Source: a virus
IMG/VR virus record: IMGVR_UViG_3300041405_000060
Coordinates: 1-64,000 of that record
Length of the DNA: 64,000 bases
Strand: one strand, 5' to 3'
Shown here: piece by piece, positions 56,018-64,000 of the stretch
Numbering within the stretch: the stretch's first letter is position 1
Layout: each line of letters starts with the position of its first letter
The notes under the pieces: model-generated
Seen by the model: only the letters and a program-made list of their open reading frames with translations
The model's database searches: none
Told to the model about the DNA's origin: nothing
Made by a program: the position numbers and the translations under genes

Positions 56018-59000
56018 ATGGCAAGCAATAAAACAAAATTGGCGGAGGCCAGTACAAAGTCAGCATTCGATTTCGATGACGACTTTGACAGTCTATTTGA
56101 AGATGAGCAACTTAGCGGAAAGAAACGTTCCCCCGTTAAGGATTTCATGGCTGGCTTCAAAGATGGCGTCCTGGATAAAGGCAAAAATAAAAGTCTATTG
56201 AAAGCATTCCTGACTAACGGCGCCCCTAAGGGTTATGACCGTTTGTTCGGCGCTTACGATCAGATGAAGAATTCTGCTGAGTCTCTGAAAGATCACCTAG
56301 AGAAAACAAACCCTGGGGATCTGCAATATCTTTTCAAACGGGCGGAATCTTTCTTACCCTCAATGAAAGGGAAGTTGTCCGATAGCACCTACGATCGGAT
56401 TAACACGGCCCTATCCAATAAGGCTGACCAGTACAAATACCAAATCGAAGCGAACCAAGATCAGTCACGTTTGGCTATTCGTCGGCAGAGAGCCCAAGAC
56501 GAAGAAACTATCAAACAGGGTCTGGGTGAAGATCTTCGAAGTGCAGTCGACCAAGGTACAGTTATTCAACGTAACTTGTTCAACATGGGTCAGGAGGCCG
56601 AGCAACGTCGCTGGGATCTCGAACGTATTGAACGTGGCCTACGTGACCAAGTAGATAACAAACACCACCAGACCGTCGCTCGTGGTCTTGCACAAGCAGT
56701 CGATTCGTTGACTCGTATGGCAAGCTACGCTGAACAGGTCGATTACGATTTTAAACGCAAAGGCTTAGAACTGCAGTTCCGTTCTTATCAAGCATTGCGT
56801 GACATGTCCAAGTTGGCAGAAGCACAACTGGAGATGCAAAACAAAGCATTCCAAGCTTTGGTACGTAATACAGGTTTACCGGATCACCTCAAGTCTTCTA
56901 TGAAAGATCTGGTTGGTATGAACATGCGTCAAGGTATGGCGGGAGCCGGTTCCTCGATGGTGGGTCGTACGCTGTCGGGTTTCTTAGGTGGCTACGGTGG
57001 TAACGTCCAAGGTCGTATCAACAACAAAGCTTCGGGTGCGTTGTCGGGTATGGTCCAAGGGTTACAAGCCGGTGAGTCGATGGGTGACTTCTGGGATCAG
57101 CGCTACCGGTTAGCTGGTGGTTTGGCTGCCGACGGGTTACACGGTTTTGCCCGTAATACCATCGCTCCAATTGCTGGTCGTGCGCTTCGTCCTGCTATGA
57201 CACGTATGTCTAACAAGCATGGTAAAGGTAAGCACAACCAAGTCGGTTATGCCATGGACAACATTCCTGCTTTTATGCAGGAGTATGTGAATAACTACCA
57301 GAACTCTTACGGTGCCAAAGGCGTACTGCAAGACATCTTACGTCCGTTCACACCACAGTTTGGTTTGGACACAACGACGAAGGCGGGTAACTATCAAACA
57401 ATTGGCCAGCACACAGCGTTCAACCAATTATCGCAGCGTTCGCTGACTGAAGTCCTCCCAGGATTCCAGGCTCGTATCTTGCGTGAATTGCGTATGATCC
57501 GTAGCGGTAAAGATGACGTTCCAATGGAAGTCTTCGATATCACTAAAGGTGTGTTCACGACTTCTAAAGAAGCGAATGCCAACCAGCGAGATCGTATCGT
57601 ATCGAAAGGTACTACCCGAATGGTATCGGGCCAGATCTCCGAGACTCTAGATATCATCGATAAAGATGGTAAGTTGTCAACTGGTGCACGAAAAGCATTG
57701 TCTGAGCGGTTACTGCGTGACGCCTCCAGTAACAAACGTTTTGACCCAATGCGTTACGGTTCTAAGAACGGTTATAAAGAAGGGACTTCAAAAGAGACCT
57801 TAGCTGAACTGGAATCATTCTTCAAAGGTCAATTCGAACGTGATGAGAAAGGTAAGTTTGCCGATACGGCAGCTAACCATGAAAAGCGTAAATTAATGTC
57901 GGACTCGTTCCTGAACATTCGTAACGTATCACGTGACCCTGCGGCCGAGATCCATCGTCTTATTGAAGCGGGTAAAACCGATCAACTTCGTGAGCTGGGT
58001 ATCCTGCAAACCATCGATGGTCAAGACCGGATTAACTATCCGATGCTTTGGCAGATGATGTCGCAAGACGTCAGTATGAAACACGGTGGTCAAGGTGCTA
58101 ACTATCACGATGCTGATGGTGACACTGGTAGTCGTAACTTCGTGGGTCCACACTTCCCTGGTCGTTTGTCTGCTGCATCACAATCTGCCGCTGTTCGTTT
58201 CCTCGAAGGTCCACAAGGCCAAGCTGCGAAAGACGGCATCAAGCGGATCGGTAGTGGCGCTAAGGATCTGATGGATCAGTTCAAAGCCGACCCACAACAG
58301 TTTATGCGGGATCAGTACAATGCTGGTTCTACCGCTGTTAAAGGACGTGCACAGAATCTGAAGGATTCCGCTACCGCTGCAGCCGACGCTGCTAAAGCTG
58401 GTGGTCTGCCCGCAATCATGGAACACTTCTCTGCTCAAGAGAAACTGGACTTTGCTAAGTCGTTGCTGAATAACGTTATCGACAAAGAACCTCCTGCAAT
58501 GCGGGAAGCTCGTTTGCAGATGGCTCAAGCAATTATCAACTCAATCAATTCGACTAAAGAAGCGGGCTCTAAAGCACTGGCTTCTGAATCTGGTCAAAAG
58601 GCTTTGGCTGCTGGTAACAGCGTCATGGCTCTAGGCCACGATAAAGTTGATCAGATGAAACGATCTGAAGCTGCTGGTATTGTCGATCTAAAACTACAGG
58701 GTGCTAACGATACGCTTATTAAAGCTATCGACATGATCCAAGGTAAGTTGATTGACGTCAATACTGGTAAGGTGATTGAGAAAGCTTCCGACATTACTGG
58801 TGAAGTGCGTAACATCTTTAACCAACAAGTTGCTTCTGCTGAAGAAGTGGCTCGCGGGTTGTACGATGACCGTGGTAACTTAATGTCTCGTGCTAAGGTT
58901 AAGCTGGATAGCATCCAAGCTGTGATCAGTAAGCATGCCACAAACGCATTGAACTCGGCTAAAGAAAAACTAGACGACATGAAAGACTGGTGTCTAGAAG

Positions 59001-62000
59001 GTACTGACCGGGTAATCATCAAAGCGCGTGATCTGGCTGAAGGTAATTTGATCGACGAAGAAACCGGGGAACCGATCTATTCGTTGGATGATATCAAAGG
59101 TACCATCACTGACCAATACGGACAGATTGTTGCAACCGCACAAGAACTGGCTCGGGGTCTACGTTCTACCGATGGTAAGAAGTTTGACATGCAGGACGTT
59201 AAGAACCGTGCTGCTAAATTAGCTTCTCAGATCTGGCGGGGTAATACAACACAGAACGTTTTTGCTAGTATGCAAATGGCCGGCAAAGCGGCGTGGATGA
59301 TCGCACGTAATACCGCTGCTCGAATCATGGGTGACCGTGATGCTTACTTGCCGGGTAATCTGAAACCTGTCCTTACAGTTGAGAAACTGAAAGAGGGTGG
59401 ATACCTGGATAAAGACCAGAAAGTTATCAAGTCCTTTGGGGATATCAACGGTCCTGTATTTGATGCTGAATCGGGTGAGCCTCTGTTGGATAAATCCGAA
59501 CTGAAAAGTTTGGTTGATACTAACGGGAAGAAGCACAAGATCGCTAAGAACCAAGGGCTTGTTCGTAAGATTGTCGGGGGTGCTGTCAAAGGCTACTGGA
59601 ACCTTACTAAGAAGTACTACGGGGCTTTGGGGCGGGAGATGGGTAACGACGCTCACGCGTTGGCTAAGACGGTCATGGCGCCGATCGGATCGTTCTCCAA
59701 ACGTCAACTTGCAAGTCTGTCTACCACTGATCAAGTATTAGTGCAAATTCGTGATGCTATCCGTGAAACCGTACCGAAGAAAAATCGGAAAGGTAGCTGG
59801 ATGGATAAGAACGAACAACGATCGGCTGAAGAGAAGAATAAGGAAGCGAAGGAAGATCGCGAGCAGAAGGAATCTAAAGGCTTGTTCAGCAAAATGTCTA
59901 CAGCCTTAAGTGGTCTGTGGGGCAAAATGATGGGCAAGAAAAAAGATGAGGAGGAAGAGGAAGAAGGCGGGATCATGGATACCGTCGGCGATGCTGTCTC
60001 TACTGCTGCTGATGCCAAAGATCTATTACCTGATGGTAAAGGTCGTCGACGCCGTGTAAGGGGCGGTGGTCGCTTTGGTAAGATGGGTGCACGTATTGCT
60101 GGTTCCCGTCTAGGTCAAGCTGCTGCTTCTACTGGTGGTCGTTTGATGGCTACCGCCGGTGGTCAGATGGCTGCTCGCGGTGCAATGATGGTCGGCACTG
60201 CTTTGGCTTCCCTGGTATCTGCTCCGGTATTAATCGGTGCGGCTGTAGTTGCAGGCGTGGCTGTTGCTGGCTACTTTACTTACAAGTACTTCGCTGGTGT
60301 TAAAGGTGAGTTCATGTCGGTACGTATGCTACAGTACGGTATCACTTCTACCCGTCAACGTCACAAGATCCTCAGCCTGGAACAATTGATGGAGAAGACT
60401 GCCATGCGTGGTCAGAATCCTCAAATGAACATCAGTGCTGCTGGTGGTAAAGCTATCTTGGACATCATGGGTCTGGATGCTAATGACGAAGCTTCGATCC
60501 ACCGCTTTGCTCGTTGGATGGACGTACGTTTCAAACCTGTATTCTGTCAGTGGTTAAAAGCCCTTGACACTATTGGCAAGACTCAATTGTCTCTGACCGA
60601 TATCGAAGAGAAAGTAGATGATCCATTGAAAGGTAGTCTCGTTAAAGAGATCTCCATGGACTACGGCGATGGTTCTCCGTTCTCCTGCCGTGATAACCCA
60701 TTCGGTGATACTGATCCGTTGGATGACACTGTAGAAGAAACAAAAGAACGTATCAAAGAACTCTCTGAGAAATACAAGGTTGACGGTAAGGCTGACAAAG
60801 ACAAATCTGAACTCCCAGGTGTAAAACCGAAAGCTGATGAAGCTAATAAGGATACAACTGAGAATAAAGAGAAAGGTGCTTTGGTTGGTGCGACTGCCGC
60901 TGCTGCCGCGAAAGCTGCTGCAGAAAGTGCTAAGGTTGCGGGTAAAGCCGTAAACGAGCAGAAAGCAGAAGCAGCTAAGTCTGTATCCCAACGTGTTAAC
61001 GAGATGGCTAAAGTTGCTGGTGTAGGTGCTGCTGCTGGTGGAGCAATGCTGATGGTTGGTCCTGTACCAATTGCATCACAAGAACTTGCTGCATTGGATG
61101 CTATCCGAGCTCGTGCTTACGGCATGGAAACACTTAACAAGAATGACATGGAAGCTTTGATTGCAATGGAAACCCGCGTGGACCTGCAGTCTAAGACCGA
61201 TCAGTCTGGGCAAGTGAAGTTCAACGGTGATATGGAGAAATTCATTACCGGTGCCGGAGGTCTGTTCGGTTTGAATACCGCTGACCATGGTCCTGATCGA
61301 ATCAAGTTTGTTAACTGGTTCATGGAACGTTTCTTGCCTGTGTGTGAAACCTTCTTGACTCGTGCACGTGCCGTTTATAAAGGCAAACCTGCCAACGCTG
61401 CTACCGGCATTAAGCTAGGTGACCAAGTTACCGTAGCTAACGCTTTGATGGGTGCTGTTAACCCGAAAGGTACAAGCGTTTGGTCCAGTCCTACAATCTT
61501 TACTGTTAAAGGTAAGTTGGAGGATCTGAAAGGGTTGGCTGATATCGACATGGCTTATCTCCAAAAGCAAGCTGACGCCGTGATGGCATCTCCGACACAA
61601 TCGGCAGGTGCTCAAGCTCAAGGTGCTCAAGATGCTGCAGGAGGCAAGTCGTTCTTGGGCAGTATTGGCGATAAGATCGGTAGTGCTTATGATTCGGCTA
61701 AGAACGCCGTGTCTGGAGCTGTAGATTCTGCCGGTAGTGCTTTGTCTAGCGCTGCATCTACTGTTAAGCAGTGGGGTAAGTCTGCAGGTACTGCGGTTGC
61801 AGCTGCGGGTGTTAAAGCCTACGGTGCTGCATCGGAAGCAATAACGGGTCAATCGTACGGTTACGTGTCTGGTGGTAACGGTGGTTCATGGGAACAAGTT
61901 CCAATGCCTACATCGAAAGATGCTAAGGGTTCCCGGAAGACTATGGAAGTGGTTGCTACAATGACAGGTGTTCCTGTTGAGTATTTGATGATCTTCTGTG

Positions 62001-63022
62001 CAATGGAATCCAACTTCGATTGGACCGTTAAAGCAGGAGCCGGTGGTTCTGCTACCGGTTGGTTCCAGTTCATCAACTCGACTTGGGATTGGATGGTTTC
62101 TTTACACGGAGCTAAGTATGGCTTCCCAGCTGACTTAGGTCGTCGTCTCCGTCTCGATCCTCGTATGAACGCACTGATGGGTGCAGAGTACATGAAGTAC
62201 TCGATGGGTGTGATCAAGAAAGGTACCGGCAAAGATCCGTCTGATGTCGACCTGTACTTGGCTCACTTCCTAGGCCCTGGTACTGCAGTAAAGTGGATCA
62301 ACATGGACAAAGCTACAATCGGTGCTTCGGCATTTCCGAAAGAAGCTGCGGCCAACCCTTCTATCTTTAAAGAGAAATCCACAGGTGCTCTCCGTACACT
62401 GGGTCAGATCGAGAAATCGTTTGATGACCGTATGGCGAAGTATCGTGCGATGGCTACTGCTGGTACTGCCAGTGGTGCAGCTGTTCCTTTGAAAGTAGAA
62501 GATGTTGAGAAACAAGAAGCAGCTGAAAAGGCTAAGGCGGCAGAGAATGCAGCTAAAGAGGAAGGGAAGTTTATTCCTGGAGTCTCGGCAATGCCTGGTG
62601 GTCCTTCGGCTACTGGTTCTACTCCGACCAATACTGGTTCGGGTGGTCCAACGCTTCCAGCTCCAGCCAGTGCGGCTACTCAAGCACCGGCAGGCGCTTC
62701 AACTGCTCCAGTAGGTGTAATGGCTCCGGTCGCTGCTCCTACATCAGAAGCACAACCCACTGTAGATAATCCATCTACACAAGCTGCGCAGGCTGCCTCG
62801 ATGGCTAAGGACCAACAGCGTGCACAGCAAGTTCAACAGTCGACTAAAAACGACACCGCTATTATGAGTGTACAACAAGAACAACTTGAAACTCAGAAAG
62901 CAATGTTGGAAGCTCTGAAGCAACTCGTTTCAGCAGCAGGAGCCGGTGGACAGGGCAATAGTATGCCCAAGCAGCAACAGTCACGGTCGGCTAACAAGTC
63001 TCCGTTTCCTGTTCCAGTCTAA
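56018..63022 (+). CDS. Giant tail protein with C-terminal lytic transglycosylase (phiKZ gp181-like)
   Basis: 2334 aa; MESNF...ATGWFQF...YLAHFLG SLT domain near 61890-62450; one TM-like segment. Confidence 0.88.
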   Translation: MASNKTKLAEASTKSAFDFDDDFDSLFEDEQLSGKKRSPVKDFMAGFKDGVLDKGKNKSLLKAFLTNGAPKGYDRLFGAYDQMKNSAESLKDHLEKTNPGDLQYLFKRAESFLPSMKGKLSDSTYDRINTALSNKADQYKYQIEANQDQSRLAIRRQRAQDEETIKQGLGEDLRSAVDQGTVIQRNLFNMGQEAEQRRWDLERIERGLRDQVDNKHHQTVARGLAQAVDSLTRMASYAEQVDYDFKRKGLELQFRSYQALRDMSKLAEAQLEMQNKAFQALVRNTGLPDHLKSSMKDLVGMNMRQGMAGAGSSMVGRTLSGFLGGYGGNVQGRINNKASGALSGMVQGLQAGESMGDFWDQRYRLAGGLAADGLHGFARNTIAPIAGRALRPAMTRMSNKHGKGKHNQVGYAMDNIPAFMQEYVNNYQNSYGAKGVLQDILRPFTPQFGLDTTTKAGNYQTIGQHTAFNQLSQRSLTEVLPGFQARILRELRMIRSGKDDVPMEVFDITKGVFTTSKEANANQRDRIVSKGTTRMVSGQISETLDIIDKDGKLSTGARKALSERLLRDASSNKRFDPMRYGSKNGYKEGTSKETLAELESFFKGQFERDEKGKFADTAANHEKRKLMSDSFLNIRNVSRDPAAEIHRLIEAGKTDQLRELGILQTIDGQDRINYPMLWQMMSQDVSMKHGGQGANYHDADGDTGSRNFVGPHFPGRLSAASQSAAVRFLEGPQGQAAKDGIKRIGSGAKDLMDQFKADPQQFMRDQYNAGSTAVKGRAQNLKDSATAAADAAKAGGLPAIMEHFSAQEKLDFAKSLLNNVIDKEPPAMREARLQMAQAIINSINSTKEAGSKALASESGQKALAAGNSVMALGHDKVDQMKRSEAAGIVDLKLQGANDTLIKAIDMIQGKLIDVNTGKVIEKASDITGEVRNIFNQQVASAEEVARGLYDDRGNLMSRAKVKLDSIQAVISKHATNALNSAKEKLDDMKDWCLEGTDRVIIKARDLAEGNLIDEETGEPIYSLDDIKGTITDQYGQIVATAQELARGLRSTDGKKFDMQDVKNRAAKLASQIWRGNTTQNVFASMQMAGKAAWMIARNTAARIMGDRDAYLPGNLKPVLTVEKLKEGGYLDKDQKVIKSFGDINGPVFDAESGEPLLDKSELKSLVDTNGKKHKIAKNQGLVRKIVGGAVKGYWNLTKKYYGALGREMGNDAHALAKTVMAPIGSFSKRQLASLSTTDQVLVQIRDAIRETVPKKNRKGSWMDKNEQRSAEEKNKEAKEDREQKESKGLFSKMSTALSGLWGKMMGKKKDEEEEEEGGIMDTVGDAVSTAADAKDLLPDGKGRRRRVRGGGRFGKMGARIAGSRLGQAAASTGGRLMATAGGQMAARGAMMVGTALASLVSAPVLIGAAVVAGVAVAGYFTYKYFAGVKGEFMSVRMLQYGITSTRQRHKILSLEQLMEKTAMRGQNPQMNISAAGGKAILDIMGLDANDEASIHRFARWMDVRFKPVFCQWLKALDTIGKTQLSLTDIEEKVDDPLKGSLVKEISMDYGDGSPFSCRDNPFGDTDPLDDTVEETKERIKELSEKYKVDGKADKDKSELPGVKPKADEANKDTTENKEKGALVGATAAAAAKAAAESAKVAGKAVNEQKAEAAKSVSQRVNEMAKVAGVGAAAGGAMLMVGPVPIASQELAALDAIRARAYGMETLNKNDMEALIAMETRVDLQSKTDQSGQVKFNGDMEKFITGAGGLFGLNTADHGPDRIKFVNWFMERFLPVCETFLTRARAVYKGKPANAATGIKLGDQVTVANALMGAVNPKGTSVWSSPTIFTVKGKLEDLKGLADIDMAYLQKQADAVMASPTQSAGAQAQGAQDAAGGKSFLGSIGDKIGSAYDSAKNAVSGAVDSAGSALSSAASTVKQWGKSAGTAVAAAGVKAYGAASEAITGQSYGYVSGGNGGSWEQVPMPTSKDAKGSRKTMEVVATMTGVPVEYLMIFCAMESNFDWTVKAGAGGSATGWFQFINSTWDWMVSLHGAKYGFPADLGRRLRLDPRMNALMGAEYMKYSMGVIKKGTGKDPSDVDLYLAHFLGPGTAVKWINMDKATIGASAFPKEAAANPSIFKEKSTGALRTLGQIEKSFDDRMAKYRAMATAGTASGAAVPLKVEDVEKQEAAEKAKAAENAAKEEGKFIPGVSAMPGGPSATGSTPTNTGSGGPTLPAPASAATQAPAGASTAPVGVMAPVAAPTSEAQPTVDNPSTQAAQAASMAKDQQRAQQVQQSTKNDTAIMSVQQEQLETQKAMLEALKQLVSAAGAGGQGNSMPKQQQSRSANKSPFPVPV

Positions 63023-63028
63023 AATCTA

Positions 63029-63056
63029 GGGCTCACCTTCGGGTGGGCTTTATTTT
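63029..63056 (+). terminator. Intrinsic terminator
   Basis: GGGCTCACC-TTCG-GGTGGGCTT-TATTTT. Confidence 0.7.
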
Positions 63057-63072
63057 GTCTAAAGGTCCCAAC

Positions 63073-64000
63073 ATGGCAACTCCAACAGTCGATACACCAA
63101 TCTGGTTACGACAAGCCTTCTTATTACCTACGTCACAAAACCAAGTGTCGTTTGGTTCTGAGACTCGTCGGCGCTATGCCAACTCGGCAGCCTTCAAATT
63201 TACAAACACAACTCCTGGTGGTAACTTCACCATTAATAACCTCCCGCAGTACACTCGCCATGCCGATATCCGTCAACCTGGTCGTGGACGTAACCACAAG
63301 AATAAAAAATTGGGGATGGGTCGTTATTACTCAGAAGCACATGACGACTTAGCACAAAAGCTACATCTGTCATTCGGTGTTCCCCGGTTCTCTAGCTGGG
63401 CTTCGTTCTTCACGAACTTCTATGACCGGTCGGCAGCTATGTTTGCCAACTCGGGTAAGACTACCGACATTTGGTATAACCTGGGTAACACATTGTCTTT
63501 TGTTGTGACACTCCCAGTACAACCATTCATCATCGGTATCACTGCGGTATCTCGTGTATTGTCGTTCCTTTCGAAATCGTCTCCATCTAAATGGTTCTAT
63601 TTCAAACCAACGATGCACGCTTATTGGTCAGCGGTTAACACACTGGCTAACGAATTTGCAATTAACATGGGCTTGCAACCTCGCCTATATACCGATCCAG
63701 ATTCTCAAGGCCCAATGGCTGATCCAGGTCAGACAGTGACGGCAGAAGACATGGCACGGTTCCACACCATGATGCCTGGGTTGTTTACACCGAAAGGTGG
63801 TATCGACGTAATGGCTCTAGCTGGTCGAGCGCAGCGGAAAGCTGACGAGGCTAAGAAAGCTTGGGACGCTATGGCTGAAAAGGCCCGTAACATCGAAGAA
63901 CTGAAAGCGGGTGTTAACGCAGAAATCGCTAAGTATTACAAAGACCCTAACCCTAACGTTTCGGCTCGGGAATACTTTATTGATTATCTGGGAGCGGACC
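63073..64000 (+). CDS. Virion structural protein (phiKZ gp182-like), 3' truncated
   Basis: ATG 63073, open to the window end; [28 protein letters not shown] motifs. Confidence 0.7.
   Translation, partial: MATPTVDTPIWLRQAFLLPTSQNQVSFGSETRRRYANSAAFKFTNTTPGGNFTINNLPQYTRHADIRQPGRGRNHKNKKLGMGRYYSEAHDDLAQKLHLSFGVPRFSSWASFFTNFYDRSAAMFANSGKTTDIWYNLGNTLSFVVTLPVQPFIIGITAVSRVLSFLSKSSPSKWFYFKPTMHAYWSAVNTLANEFAINMGLQPRLYTDPDSQGPMADPGQTVTAEDMARFHTMMPGLFTPKGGIDVMALAGRAQRKADEAKKAWDAMAEKARNIEELKAGVNAEIAKYYKDPNPNVSAREYFIDYLGAD

Noticed and set aside
55965-56066. ORF-track N-terminal extension of beta-prime overlapping the gp181-like start
   Set aside because: ATG 55964 has an RBS; the extension overlaps the divergent gene and its promoter region
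1-64000. tRNA/rRNA genes, integrase, transposase
   Set aside because: No cloverleaf-like intergenic segments or recombinase/transposase motifs seen; the window is almost fully coding

Overview
This window is 64 kb of a phiKZ-like (Chimalliviridae-type, nucleus-forming) jumbo phage genome, probably infecting Pseudomonas. Its gene order matches the phiKZ gp131-gp182 region. In order it holds: three paralogous tail-fibre genes, a fibre chaperone and two 2OG-Fe(II) oxygenase-fold genes; RuvC; a lysis cassette (i-/o-spanin, holin candidate, gp144-type endolysin); gp145/gp146-type collagen-like fibres, a DUF4376 chaperone and four paralogous putative receptor-binding proteins. Next come the virion RNAP beta C-terminal piece (gp149-like), UvsX/RecA, RNase H, inner-head paralogs, PAAR plus central spike and SbcC. 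It ends with three early-promoter islands of small genes, the gp175-type prohead protease, virion RNAP beta (gp178-like) and beta-prime (gp180-like), the giant gp181-like tail lysin and a partial gp182-like gene. I saw no tRNA, CRISPR array, intron or integrase. phiKZ gp numbers come from recalled motifs and synteny, not from a database search. The best leads are a possible fibre-modifying oxygenase pair, a DGR-less C-type-lectin-like paralog cassette, a possible second spanin pair, early membrane microproteins and a family of CATA...TATG-flanked palindromes.
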